A stretch of DNA of 62,945 bases, filler included, from Reticulomyxa filosa (GCA_000512085.1; 16 parts of 16 records of this genome joined end to end with filler, not necessarily neighbours in it); one strand, 5' to 3'; shown: positions 25,084 to 39,171, numbered from the whole stretch's first letter. Notes: generated by a model not told the origin, from the sequence alone. Program-made: numbers and translations.

Positions 25084-27017
25084 NNNNNNNNNNNNNNNNN
25101 NNNNNNNNNNNNNNNNNNNNNNNNNNNTTAATTAATTAANNNNNNNNNNNNNNNNNNNNNNNNNNNNNNNNNNNNNNNNNNNNTTCATTAAGAAAATCTA
25201 TCATCTTCATAAGGTGGCATTTTAGATTTTCAGTTTTTTTTGCAACCTACTGTAATATTTTGTGTTGACAGCTATTTCAAGCTGACAGTATAACATATTT
25301 ACACATATAATATATTGTATATTCGGCACTTCGTTTCGAGGTCCCAACTTAATTTGTGTTGTTTTGTAATATTTGAAAAAGACTATGTAGTAGATGTCGT
25401 TGTTAGTTTACTAGAACGGCGAATATGTTGTGACACAAGTCACAGAAAGCAGCAAAAGTATAAATTGATCATTTAGCTAAGTATTTTACGTAGAATATTT
25501 GCAAATAGATTTTGCAATTATATATGACGAAATGATGGCGATCTGATCTTGAATCTCAACTAGCATGCGTATCTTCCGGTAATTCAATTACAATATGACA
25601 ATACTACATCAATAGATGATAAACATACTTTCTGGCCATTTGCCGATTATTTTTATGTTTTTCATTTCAATCACTTATCTTACTATCTTTGCTTTGATTT
25701 TGGAATATTGCTAAGTTTATAATGACATCAAATCCTTTTTACAATTTTTATTTTTGAAAAAATTCATTCTATTAAAATCTTGAAAAAGATTTATAAACTG
25801 TTTGAAAAAGGTTGAATTTCTATTTTATCTCTAATTTTTAAGTTGCTCAGAAGTAAATTCTATTTGTGGACTACAGGTCAGACAAAACTTCTTTTTTTGA
25901 CATGTTAATATTAAAACTTGATAGCTAATACAAATCTAACAGAAGAGGGCACATTATTTAATAAGGTGAATTAATATCCGTCAGTCGTAGAGAAATATTA
26001 TAGTTCTTTTTGAATTGAAAATTTATAAAAGGTGATGTCTTGCTCCTCCACCCAAAGTAATGATATTGAAGATTTTTCCATTGACTTGGGAGAAGCACCA
26101 GTAACTATGCAATATCATCCGACCTTGGAAACAGCAGACAAGATCAAGCAACCGGAAGACATTGAGCAAGAACGGCAGTTGTGTAGAATTGAGCAATGAT
26201 GAATCAAATGATTGAACATTTTTACGACCATTTCATCATCTTTTGCAATGTGTTTCGGCATTTAGCCCCTGGGGGCTACCGTGCCTACAGTAAACATCAC
26301 TCATATGACAACTGTTCATTTATATCATCTCGAACCCATGGCTTTGGCAACTTTGGATTTGAAATTCAAGCATTTGATATTGTGGACATTTTGATATATC
26401 AATACTATTTTTAGAAAAGGTCGCTGGCCACTCATGTCTTTTTATTAACGGTTCGAACCAATGGTCAGTAGCTTCCATTCTACCGCTCAAACCTGAGGAT
26501 TTGCAAAAAAACGCAGTGAACGTATATGTATAACATCTCAACTTTGATTGTATACAAAAATTGCAAATTAGTATTTTCCAAAAAAAGGTGAGAGAAAATA
26601 AAAAATAATAAAAAATAAGACATTTGATCAATCCCAATCCATCAATTTTAAATGTTACCATTATTTTCAAAAACTTTTTTAGTTTAATGGTAAATTGAGA
26701 TTTGCTACCAAGGTTGTAGTCTAAACAGTGACTGTTCGTTTATGCCTACCGAAAGCAAATACGGCCAAAAAGAAATTAAGAATCAGTTCATGTTATGTGA
26801 TAAATTCAACTTTGGCTTTCTTTAAGGTTTCTCCTTTTTTCGTAGTTAATTGTTACGCCAAAGAATATTTGAAAATGTGAAACAAAACAACAGTGCTGTT
26901 TAGTCTCAAGCTTGAAGACACTTCAGTTTTTTAAAAGAACGGAGTTTGTGAGTTCCTTTTTTTTTTGTTCGTTGTTTCTGGTTTTTTTCAAGTGTCGTTT
27001 AGTCTATTACAAATAAA

Positions 27018-28386
27018 ACGATAGAAATTCTCACAATTGAGGTCGGTCAAGCCGGTATACAACTAGGAAACGCCATCTGTGAACAATATTGGCAGAGCAA
27101 TCAATTGATAACTGTGGCAAAAGAAAAGAGAACTCAGTAAATGACGACTCTTTTAAGTTTTCTTTGAAGAATCAGGCAATCTTGCGGTTAAGTGCTATAT
27201 TGGCGATCCGTTTTCCCTTTTTACGTATAACTCACAAAAAATATTTTGATTTGGAACCGAACGTAATTTATGTAAAAAACTGTTCCACAATGAGTTTTTA
27301 GTCCATGCGAAAGATAGTGTATCAAACAATTTTGCAAGTGGTCACTATACAATCGGAAAGCAAGTAATTGATAAAGTGAATGACATATTGAGAAAACTTG
27401 TTGACAACTGTGACAGTGTGATTGCCTTTGTGATCGGATGCACTGGCTCAGTGTTATACGCTTTAATTTCGGAATGTTTGTCAGTTGATTATAGAAAAAA
27501 GCCAAAAATTGGTTTTTAGATCTGCCCTTCACCAAACTTGTCCACCTGCGTAGTTGAACATTATAATGCGTTGTTGGCTACTAACTGGTTATTAGACCAC
27601 AATTAAATTTCTTTGCTATTAGATAACGATTCCATTTATGGGATCTGCCAAAGACAATTGCAAATTTCCAAACCACAAAAACAACTTGAACAAATTAATT
27701 TCGAAGATTATCTCCGCAATGACAGCGTCTTTGCGATCTAACTGTGCATTGAACGTAGACTTAAACTAGTTCCAAACGAACTTGGTCACTTTCAAACGTT
27801 TACATTTTATGACTACAATCATACCGAAAGTTGATGTTTCAACCGCGCCAAACGATGTCCAAAAAATTACTAATTCTTGTTTTAAGTCAGCGAACTGTTT
27901 TGTGAAATAAACTGAACTTGATCCCGCTGAAGATAAATATATGTCTATTTCATTAAACTATCGCGGTGATATAAGGTTGAAAGAAGCAAACGCACTGTCC
28001 AATGGTTAAAAACTAATAATAAGATAGCATTAGTCTATTGATTCTTAACTGGTTTCAAGATATGATTAAACGAGGTACTAGCAGTAACATTATAGTCTAA
28101 CGATATTGGAGCATTTAGTAAAAATGCTGTGAGTATAGCCAACAACACTGTCAATTCACTAGTATTTAATAAACACACTGCCCAAAAGTATGATCTTATA
28201 TACTCAAAAAGATCATTTGTACATTGTTATATATTATAAGGTATTAAAGAATGAGAATTTGCTGAAGCCCGTGAAGATTTAGTCTTCTTCGAAAAAGATT
28301 ACTTATATGTGTTGATTGCACAACCAACTGACGATGTTGGTTGTGACAACGCTGGCGATGGTGCAGGTGATGCTGTTTATAGTTGA
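27018..28386 (+). pseudogene. full-length intronless alpha-tubulin (divergent alpha2-type) pseudogene
   Basis: ACG-ATA(=MR)-EILTIEVGQAGIQLGNAI.EQY; DLEPNVI; NNFASGHYTIGK; MTASLR..ALNVDLN*FQTNLV; DKYMSISLNYRGD; TGFKI*LNEV; EFAEAREDL..FEKDYL; many stops and frameshifts. Confidence 0.93.
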
Positions 28387-29556
28387 ACTTTGATTAGTGA
28401 AGTGGTGATTGAAGTGTGTAATGAAAAAGTGAAATGAAAAAATGTAAATTCATTTTTTTTGAAAGTCATCTGGCCAAAAAGTGGCTCTTGGATTTCTTTT
28501 TTTAATTGATCTTTTCGAACAACAGTTTTTAATGAAATTTTTCTGCATATTTCGAAAGTGTGTTTTCAATTTCCCAAAAAATACTGACATTTGGAGCAGA
28601 AAAATATATCGTCTGCAATAGCCCTTAAGATTATTTTAAGAGATGATGATATACGTTTGAAGTACTGTTTTAGGATAACGCATAAACACTAATTCGACAA
28701 TATTTAACCTCATTATCAACTGATTTAAAGGACAATTGCACCCCAAATAAAAAGTTAACGCACAATGACTTTAAAAACGTTTAAATAAATTATACGTATC
28801 GATTATCTCGTTTGATGCTTAACTGTCCAAAAATGTTGAACAGTTGTAATAATGAAAAACGGAAAAACAATTTCGAAACAAAGTGTTAAATGATTGCCTA
28901 AACAACCAAAAACATAGATCTTTTCTGTTACTGCAGATGTCTTGGATAACTGTGGATTTTTGTAGTTTTTGTGGTTTTTCTCACTTTTTTCTGCTTTTTT
29001 AAAGTTTTTCTGTTTAAACTTGAGAAAACAAGGGTTTAAGCCAGGGGCGAAAAACTAACAAAACTTACCACAAATTCTTAACTTTTTTTGAGAAGTACAA
29101 CTCCCCAAATGAAAATTTTTAAATTTTACTTCACTTATCTTCACCCAAAAGTGTGCAGACACTAAATATTTTTGTAAAGAATAGCAGATTCTAATATGAT
29201 TCCAAACAAGCTAAAATATTTGTTAGCTGTATGCTTTTCTTGTCCTCTCGTTATTCCATTCAAAGTCTTGTTCTTATTAGGGTTTTTTCGTTGATTCGAC
29301 ACATTTTAAAACTACAAAAGTGTTGACGTCGTTTACTTTTTATCCCAAAAAAATTTAGAGATATTTGCTCACAAATATTTTCTCCAAAAAAATCTCAAAA
29401 TTAGTATGTGAGAAGACACAACATCAAGACAAAATTTTATTACAAAATGTCAACAATTTAGGACAGTACCAAATGTTTCAAGGCGCAAAAGCGAAGTTCG
29501 AATAGTTCAGTTTCGGGGACACAACGATAAACAATTTTCGTGGTAACATTGAAGAA

Positions 29557-30027
29557 ATGTCTCGCTTCGTTCGTGGAATGTCATTGCTTTATAAACCAAA
29601 TGGGTTTCTCCGCCACTCAAAAGTAAATCTCTTGAGGCTCAATCTATAACATTAGGGTGAGGTTTGGAAGAAGGAGCGAAAAAAACAATACAACACAAAA
29701 CAAAAGCGAGGATTTGCAGATCCTGGAGAATGGCAAAAACTGAAATTTAACTCGAAGTACGTATTTTATGACTTCACACGTCCAGTATTTCATCAAAGAT
29801 TTAAAATTGTGCCGATCACATTAAAATTCCTGGATGACTATTTCATGCGATCCAACGCCAGTTACTTCACATTAATTATTCTGGGCGTAATTGCTTATGA
29901 CAAGACAGTAGATCAATTGGTGGACTGGTGGTGGTGGCGAATCAACAAAGACCGATTGTTTGTGCCTGAAGTTTTGGACAAATTCCTCCCTCCAGCTGAA
30001 GAAGAGGAAGATGATGATGATTTTTAA
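29557..30027 (+). CDS. QCR9: cytochrome bc1 complex subunit 9 (QCR9/UQCR10)-like with N-terminal extension; exons 29557-29622 and 29707-30027
   Basis: FMRSNASYFTLIILGVIAYDKTVDQLVDWWWWRINKDRLF fits the QCR9 pattern; spliced N-terminus MSRFVRGMSLLYKPNGFLRHSK|RGFA looks like a mitochondrial presequence. Confidence 0.7.
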
Positions 30028-30798
30028 AATTTTGTTTGTTTGTTAATTGGTTGAATTTCTTTTTCTTATCTTCGATTTAAGGAAAAAAAAGCAAAACAAC
30101 CGAAATTTCTATGATTTCCTTGATGAGTTTGCAATATTTTGTTGTAATCAAACATCCTCGCATCAAAACAAATCTTTGTGAATTTAACAACGATATTTTG
30201 TTCAAGACTCAGCGAAAGGTCTTCGAATTTGTATTTGTTTATGTTATTCTCTCAAAATCTAAAAGTGCAAAACTAAGCACGAAACTCGACGAAGCATGTA
30301 ATAAGACCCACCTTGCTTTCTGTTCTCAAAGTCTAGCAGTACCAAAAATTTGGTATTTTTATCGTTTTTACGGGAAACATATGTGTATTTCATTGTTCGT
30401 TGCTAAAGTTTAAAGAGTGTGCGTTTTAAGGAAAAAAAGGGAGTGATTATATGTGAAGAAAGAAAAGCAAGCAACTTGAGCACAAGAAAAAAAACAAAAC
30501 AAAAATTAGTAAAGCAAACCGATGGATATAGACGCCAAAATAGAATCTTAATTCCCAGAAAAAAAATGTGATTACTGTCAAGGCCTTCTCTTTCAAATAT
30601 GTTTATCTTAAGTAGTGAATTTAGTAAGATAAAAAGAGAGGTAAGGAAGAGCAAGAAGGTAAGAAAAGAGAGAAAAGCAAAAAAGGATCAAACGAAGAAC
30701 ATTCGTGTGGTATTGATTTATGGGGACATTAACAAGGACCATATTAAAAAACATACAGCAAAAAAAAGTATGCATTTGTAGGAAAAATTTGGATCGAT

Positions 30799-31939
30799 TC
30801 ATCTTTTTGAGGATTGAATCAATTCCAATGTGCCCTGAACACTTAAATTTCTGACATCAATATTAGATAAATTAAGTTTATCATCTTCTTTTTTTTCAGC
30901 TTTTGTGGACTGAATGTCTGTCGTTTGTTGTGAGTTGTGTGCAGATCGGGATAAAAATGAAAATATGGATCGAGAACCCTGTCCAGAAGAAGTATTGGGA
31001 GGCCCATTTTTCGAACTATCATTCGGAGGCGCTTTGGTAGGCTTGAGTGACACCATTTTTGATTCTAAAGAGAGAAGTCGGTTATGTAATTCTTGGCTTT
31101 GCTCCCGCATTCGTTGAACTTCATCTTTGTCCTTACTTGAAGACGAGCTCCAGTAACTTAATGCTATAATTTGGATCTATTTCATCCATAAACACGTGCC
31201 ACAATTATGGTTTGATTGCTTGTTTTATTTTATTTTATTTTTGTTTGAAATATTTGGAAATTTCTGTCCACAAATATTGTTGGCTTTCCCTAAATCATAA
31301 AAATGATAATTTAAAAAATCTTTCTTTTTGCTTCATTATTTATTTAATTAATTAATTATTATTATTGTTATCATTTTTTTTTTGGGTACGACTCTCTTCC
31401 CCTTCCCTTTTCATTGATATTCAAAAAGTTATTAATATTCAACACCTAACAGCAGCTGCGGACCACACCATTGTTTCGGAGATAAACTCAGAACCCAAAG
31501 TAATAGCTTTTTCTTCTGTTAAAGGCTCAGCTTGTACCAAATTCACATTTCCTAATAGCTTCACACTTGCCCACGTGCTCCATCGGTGATACAGTTGTGC
31601 ACTCTATTTACTCCTCGACATAGCACATATTGCATACACTGCTATCAAAAGTTCAACAACTATCACAAAGTTTTTAATAGTTCATACATTTACACAAAGA
31701 TTTCGTAATCGTGGTGATGTTTCACATTTCCTATTGTTTTTATTTGTCTTTTTTTTGGTCATTTGTTTTCCCATTTTTCTTCCCTTCTTTTTTCTTGTAT
31801 TTTGATCAGTTGTAGTTTTTTTTGTTTTGTTTTTGTTCAGGACATTAATAATACTTCAAACATACTGTTTGATGCCTCGAGTCATCCATTTGGTGGCAGC
31901 TCGAAATCCAAGGAGTCCTAGCTTTGCAAATAGCGACAT
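30799..31939 (-). CDS. OPA3: OPA3-family mitochondrial protein, multi-exon
   Basis: MSLFAKLGLLGFRAATKWMTRGIKQ; EPLTEEKAITLGSEFISETMVWSAAA; IIALSYWSSSSSKDKDEVQRMRE coiled coil. Confidence 0.8.
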
Positions 31940-32859
31940 TTTGGAAGATTCTTTCGCTTACCTACAAAAACATCAAGAACGTTTGTTCTTGTCCCTAACT
32001 ACTTTTTACGAAGAGAGAAAGCAAAGACAAACTGGTAATCTCTTCGCTACATGTTTTTTACAATAAACATCTTTTCAATTACTTTCAAAAAAAAATGTAG
32101 AAAAAAGTTTTGATGCTTGTGAAATAAATCTTTTGAACAATGAATAAAATTATAGTGATATTTAGGTGATCTCTTTGTGATTTTACGAACTGCCAAGATA
32201 GTTATTTTGCCAATTAAAGTAATCACATTTCCTGAATTAGTTTTTTAATTGCTAAAATTAAAGTTTTGTAACAATAGTGAACAAATTGATCAACAAACGC
32301 TCTTTTTTAAAGGATAATTTTGCACTTTTTTGTTGATTGTAGGCGAATTTTACCAACTGGACGAATAACTTACTTTTTGGATATTTAAAGTTACAAGTAT
32401 CGGAGAACAAAAACATTTTGGTTTGATAAGCACATGACAATGGCTTACAATTTGCGTAAACAAAACAGCTTACAATTTTTTTTGTTCAGTCGGGGTACAG
32501 TACACTGCCTACAGGTTATCCACACAAAGTTCCAGTTTCTTTTTGTGGAATAAATAATTGTCTCCACACTTGAAAGAACGNNNNNNNNNNNNNNNNNNNN
32601 NNNNNNNNNNNNNNNNNNNNNNNNTTAATTAATTAANNNNNNNNNNNNNNNNNNNNNNNNNNNNNNNNNNNNNNNNNNNNTAAGGATACTACTGTTCGAT
32701 TGGTCAGTGAATTCTTTTATCTTCCTTCCTCCCCTTTTTTTTTCTTTCAATATGCACTTTGGCATGATTGATAGTTTTTTTTTTGTGATTGCTGTTGACA
32801 AAGTTTGTTTGATTGATTTGTTTGTTGGTTGTGACCGATTTAATGAATTAGTCGAATAG

Positions 32860-33184
32860 CGAGTTGGAGGGCAAAACGCGTGAGGAAAAATTGAAAATAT
32901 TGGAAGAAAAGAGAAAACAATTTCGTGAAGAAAAATCGACTGCAACAGTTCGAAATGAAATTTCACGAGAAAAACAAAGACGAGAAAATGTTAAATCGGC
33001 ACAAGAAGCCCAAAGAAAACGAGAGGAATATCAGAGAAAAATGATGGCGGAAAGAAAAAAGAGAGAAGATAATGATGCCACTAGACGTAAAAATGCCATT
33101 CGTCAAAAAATCAAGGACGATAAGGAACGCAGACAACAAAAAAAGAAAATAGAACAATCCCAACAACCACCAAATCAAGGATAA
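32860..33184 (+). CDS. coiled-coil C-terminal exon, UBXN1/UBA-protein-like
   Basis: EISREKQRRE...AERKKREDNDATRRKNAIRQKIKDDKERR resembles the UBXN1 coiled coil. Confidence 0.5.
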
Positions 33185-34022
33185 TTTTTGTCAATACCTT
33201 ATTTCCTTTTTTTTGTTTGCTTGCTTTTTTGTTTGACAAAAAGAAAGTCATTCTTTGAATAATGATTTTGTTGTACTGTGCTGTCTTTCCTTTTTTACTC
33301 GTTTCTTTTTTAAAAGGAGAAAATATTCAAAAAAAACACGTTGTGTGTCGAATATTTTTTTGTTTCGTTTTGTGTGAAGGACCGAAGAGACTGGGTGTCC
33401 GACAATTGCAAAAGTTTTCCTGGTTTGTTTCTAGGAAACTAGGAAAAATGAAAGTCAAAAACGCATTGGTGACATCTTCATTTTCCAAATGTACTTGGTT
33501 TTACTTTGTTTAACTTTTTTTGTACCAATGCAATAGAACATGACACGGAATTGTCAAGAGAAAATCCTATGCACTAAGTACACTGACGATCATCTAAAGA
33601 AATATTTGGCATACAATATACATGATATTACTCGTGTCAGAGAAATTCGTAATACTTCAGCGTAAATGTTTCAAACGTTAAAAAAAAGAAAATACAAGAA
33701 CTAAAAAAAAATTGATGTTTACTTTTGAAGAAAAATTTGATTGTAATGTGAGTACTTTTATAATCAACATCTTTTTGTTTATTAAACATCGTAAATAAGG
33801 TTTACGAGAGAAAGATGATTTAATCTCTTATTTGATAACTCAAATAAAAAGATAACTTGAAATCGTTTCAAATTGATAGTTGTTATTTGGAAAACTTGTT
33901 CAAATAAAGATATTTTTAATTACTGTCATTGACAATACAACTAAAACATGAAAGAAATTTAATATATTCATTCTTCACCGAAGAGTAATTGAATATTTCA
34001 TTTCTTTACCTTCTTTTGAAAT

Positions 34023-34230
34023 GTGAAAACATTTTCCAGTTCTGGTTGTCATTACAAAAACTGGGCTTTGATGACTAACAAATCAGAGAAATTGAATCCA
34101 TCAGTCTGCTATATTTGCAAACAACGCATGCAATTGCATTGTAATGAACATGAAAATGCAGAACAAGTGTATTTATCTGGAAAAGAATGTCTGCAAAAAT
34201 TTTGAAACAAAGCAATGGAAAAATGGAGAT
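34023..34230 (+). pseudogene. TRAF/RING-like Zn-finger family remnant
   Basis: CHYKNWALMTN..CYICKQ..LHCNEHE..GKECLQKF, homologous to 5776-6408 but truncated. Confidence 0.6.
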
Positions 34231-34789
34231 GAATTAATATTAAATGATAAAAATTTAACAATATTCATAAACATATGGCAATAATTTCCTTACTAGCTTC
34301 TTCAATTCTTCTTTCTTCAAATTCAACAAATTCTATTTTAATTTTATTTCGTTTTCATATATTTCTAATTTCTTTTATTTTTATTCAATTTGTTTCAATA
34401 AATTCTTGTTGCTTAAATAAATTAGTTTGTTTTTTCACTTAAAAAATCATTACAATAAATTTGGTTTCTTTAAATATATAAAATAAAATTTTCTCTAATC
34501 ATTCAACAATTTTCTCTAAATCAACAGCAATAAATTTGATTTTTTGATGTATTTATATATATGGGTGGTCCCGAAAAATCACACATGCATTACACTTTTT
34601 AAAATAATTATCATCTTATTTGTAATTTNNNNNNNNNNNNNNNNNNNNNNNNNNNNNNNNNNNNNNNNNNNNTTAATTAATTAANNNNNNNNNNNNNNNN
34701 NNNNNNNNNNNNNNNNNNNNNNNNNNNNAAAAGGGAGAAAATTGAACTTTAGATTGAAAGATTCAAATATGAGAGGACTCAAATAATAG

Positions 34790-35803
34790 GCGACGCGAAC
34801 GCATTCGCAATTTGAACTTTGTGGAGCTCGGTGTTGGTGGCTTGGACCTAACATTGCGTGATATGTTGCGGAGGACCTTTGAGTCTCGGCTGATTTCGAA
34901 CCGACTGCGAGAGGAGCTTGGACTGACACACGTGAAAGGGGTGTTGTTTCATGGACCTCCGGGCACTGGGAAAACACTGATTGCACGAAAGATTAGTAAC
35001 ATTTTAGGATGCAATGCCCCGAAAATTGTGAACGGCCCGGAAGTGGAAAGCAAATGGGTCGGCGAAGCTGAGAAAAACATTCGCACTTTGTTTGAAACTG
35101 CGCAACAAGAATTTGAAGAAAAAGGCGATGATAGCGACTTGCATGTTGTCATTTTCGATGAAATCGATGCAATTGCAAAAAAAAGAGGCGGAGCGCATGC
35201 CAAATCCAGAGACGGGGCGTTGAATCAATTGCTCTGCTGCTTGGATGGTGTCGGATCCTTAAATAATGTCGTTGTATTTGGATTGACAAATCGAAAAGAT
35301 TGTCTTGATCCTGCACTATTGAGACCAGGGAGATTGGAAGTCCAACTGGAAATTGTTCGTACATTTATCAAACATATGTATATGTGTACATGTATATACA
35401 ATAACTTTTTTAATGATTAATTCATTTAAAACAAAAACAAAACTATTTCAATGAATATTACTTATTCTTTATGTATACTGTTGTATAGGGACTGCCTGAT
35501 ACGCAAGGACGTGAGGACATACTGCGGATTCACACTCAAAAAATGAAGGATTACAACAGACTTGATCCAAATGTCAACTTGCGTGTGTTGGCAGAGTACA
35601 GCGAAGGCTTTTCTGGAGCAGATTTAGCAGGCATGGTTCGCTCTGCGGTATCTTATGCGTTGGATGATATGAAAAATGAAGACGAAATTATGATTACCCA
35701 AGAATTGTTACAAAAGGGGCTTGCTGAAGTTAGGTTTGCAAAAGAACGCATGCCGAGCGATGAAGATCCCGAGTCGGGCTATTCTGGACTATTGCAAGCG
35801 TAA
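34790..35803 (+). CDS. NSF/Sec18-like AAA+ ATPase (D1 domain only), intron 35355-35488, 5' incomplete
   Basis: LGVGGLD..RRTFESR..HVKGVLFHGPPGTGKTLIAR..PKIVNGPEV..LHVVIFDEIDAIAKKRG..TNRKDCLDPALLRPGRLEVQLEI|GLPD..FSGADLAGMVRSA. Confidence 0.9.
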
Positions 35804-37020
35804 TGCAGTCGATTCTTTTCTACTTTTCAGCTCTTTCTTCACAAATTATTTCCTGGCTTTGTTCACTTCCCAAAATATGTACATTGCAATTGAAACTAAA
35901 CACATGACATAATTACCTTATGTTTGTGACTTCGCACCTTGCTTTTTTTGTTCAGAATTTTTGTGACTTTTTTTCGTTCTACTGTGTTGTCTTTTTTTCC
36001 TTTGCGTGCTGAAAATTTTTTTTGTTTGGAAGGCTTTGCCACATTGTTCCTTTTTGTTGAGCTTTTTTTATGAAATGCAAAATGCAAAAAGTTTGTAAAA
36101 AAAAATTTTCTTGAACAAATGTTTTTATCCGAAATGCAATGTAATTTTTCCAGGAAATATGTTCTCTTATTCAAGGCAGAAAACATTTTTATCGAGAAAA
36201 AGTAATTTTTTTGGTCTATTGTTACCATGTTGTGTAAAGTGGCTTAAATTTATTTAAATGAAATAAAAACATTAGAATACTTGGGAAGCCGCGACAAAGC
36301 GCAGCTTAAATAAAAATATTATCGAGTCTGGCATCAAAAATGATTACCTGAAGAATGATGCATTGATAGAGTGAAATAATCTCATTTGAGATAATAATCA
36401 ATACACAACATTCTCACTTTCTATCCTTTTTGTTCGAAAAGAAAGACCTCGCAGTTAAGTGAGGAATTTTGGATTTTTTATTTTGTAAATATTGTTTCAC
36501 CATTTAAACGATTTTCAATCTTTCACATTTTCCAATTGTCAAAGTTAATGGCACTTGATTACCACTTTTGACATTGTTCTAAATATTTTTTTTTTGCAAA
36601 TAAATTGTGAAATAATTATTCATTTCCTATTTATTTATTATTATCAAAATGTTTTTTTTCAGTTATCAAAGATTTTTGTTCGTAAATCATTTAATCAATA
36701 ATTTTTTTTTTTATTATTGGAAAAAAAAGGGGGGAAGAAAGAAAAAGAATGTTTGATGATTTTTTTGTGCTAATTAACTTAAAACAATTATTAATTGCGG
36801 GCCCACAAAAGAATTGATTGTTTTAGTACAGTTGTAACAAGTTCTATCATTCAAATACAATACAAATAATTCGTCATTGTTTTTGTTCATCTAATGCACA
36901 ATTAAAACCAACAACATCATNNNNNNNNNNNNNNNNNNNNNNNNNNNNNNNNNNNNNNNNNNNNTTAATTAATTAANNNNNNNNNNNNNNNNNNNNNNNN
37001 NNNNNNNNNNNNNNNNNNNN

Positions 37021-37790
37021 TTTTGTTATTGCTAACATCAATGCTTTCGTCACAGTCTTTCTGATCAAATTCCTCAATGAATGTGATAGAAATATTTTTA
37101 TATTATTAAATACTGTTTCTATTTGCACATTAAAGTCTCTGCAGTGATTGATTTTAGACATCTCTGTCTCAACATTAATGTGCATATGTCCTTCTATTGC
37201 TTTCCTCAACCTACAGGTGTCGGGAGCACTATTGAACAGAATTTCTTGATTCTCCAAAGATAAGTCATTGTTGTCTAACGTATTCAACCAAATTTTTCCA
37301 AGATTATCTTGAAATTGTTCCATTGTATCTAACGGTATTTTATATTCGTACGTTTTCCGCGGCATGGTAGAAATTAATCCTTTTGATCATAGCCTTCAAT
37401 GCCAAAATATTCTGTCGGTACGATTTTGGAAATATTTCCACACATGTTTTTATATTTTCTTTTTTGTCGTTGTTATCATTGCTATTATTGTTAGCGTTGT
37501 CTTTATTTGTATCTTCATTGTTGACATGTCTTTGCACAATCTTGTATCTGTTTCTATCGATATCGAAACAAGCTATTTTCTGCATATAAAACATCTTAAA
37601 ACTATACTCTTTGTATAGCTATGCACATATCACCTTCAAATCTTCGCCACTTTGTATTTTCTTTACTTGTTCACTCCTTCACTTAGATATTCATGCGTAT
37701 TGAATGTTCCCACCAATTGTCTCAAATTCTTAAAATACTTGTTATGATGAAAATTCGGATCGTTGGCACTATGTTATCATATCTCATTCT
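37021..37790 (-). pseudogene. interrupted ORF of unknown family
   Basis: Overlapping frames 37340-37594 and 37021-37365, with stops upstream. Confidence 0.35.
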
Positions 37791-38699
37791 TTCGTTATTA
37801 CCAAACATCGCTTTTATATGAATATATTATACATTTTTGTATTAATCAACAGTCAATATAATCAAACAATAAAAAAAACATTCGAACCATTTTTAACGTG
37901 TAAAAATGCAATTTATTGTCAAAGAGTATAAAGAGATATAAACTAATTTTTCCTTCAAAAGAACCCAAACAGTCAAAACGCAAAGCATGTTATGTCATAA
38001 TGTAATGATATATTATTCTAATAAAATTTTATACTAATAAAAGGCAAAAAAAAACTACATTGTAGTAACAAAAATATTAAAAACGAATAAAAAAAAAAAC
38101 AACAACTCTGGATTTACAAGGTAAAAATCTTGAAAGAATAAAAAATATAGTCTGTTATTTAAAGCAAAGAAAACAACATAAAATCCACACCAATGATTAA
38201 ATTCGTGACAGCCAAGAATGATGATGCGGATTTGACAACATTAGGGTCAGTTCATGGCTATCATCAACAGTGGATTTAGCACTCTCAGTAGTTTCAGCTG
38301 CATTTGTCGTGATACTGTCTATCTTTGAAGTGACTTCATCTATCTTTGTATTGGTTTCAATCGAGTACTGCACACATGCATTTATCTACAATAAGAAAGT
38401 GAAGAAGATGAATGAAAAAGAGTTAATCTAACTGTTGTTTTTTTTTATTGGCCAAATATCTATACATATACTTATATCATTATTTCCTTGACATAAAGTT
38501 AAATATCTGTGTATTTGGATTTCTTTAACTTGCACATAGACANNNNNNNNNNNNNNNNNNNNNNNNNNNNNNNNNNNNNNNNNNNNTTAATTAATTAANN
38601 NNNNNNNNNNNNNNNNNNNNNNNNNNNNNNNNNNNNNNNNNNAAAAAAAAAAAAAAAGAATGCGTACAATAATACACATATGTATGTTATATGCAATAC

Positions 38700-39171
38700 A
38701 AAAGACCAGAAAAAGAGTTGACAAATGCAGTTGACAACAGCCTTGCTGCGGACTTGACAGTAGTGTTGGGTAGCAGCATGCGAGTTTACCCAGCTTGTAA
38801 CTTGCCTTCTTATTCATATTCTCGAGAAGCAGGGCCTGGCTCGTTTGTTTTAGTCAATCTTCAAAAAACGCCTTATGATGAATTTTGTGAAGCTGATCCC
38901 TCCGGCTCGGGTCGTCCCAAAGGTTTGTTGTTGTCTATGTCATCTTTTTCTTTACAAGCAAACATTCGTGAGTTGTGAGTTGTTTTTCAAACAAACAAAA
39001 ACAGGTTTGCGAGTGTTCAGCAAAATTGATGATTTCATGAAATTGGTGATGAAAGAATTGAAATTGGAAGTTACACAATTTGAATTGGATTCGTTTATTG
39101 AAGAGTGTAAAAAATCTCTGAAGGGTGTGAAAAATGATCCTGATTTCAAAGTACCTGAGACGACAGAGTGA
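38700..39171 (+). CDS. sirtuin (SIRT6/7-like) C-terminal exons; intron 38923-39004
   Basis: ADLTVVLGSSMRVYPACNLP, FVLVNLQKTPYD, LRVFSKIDDFMKLVMKEL. Confidence 0.88.

Noticed and set aside
38196-38386. Minus-strand exon ending WLSRI-stop (PTS1-like)
   Set aside because: Frame cannot be fixed from the upstream exon, so the targeting signal is unsupported.
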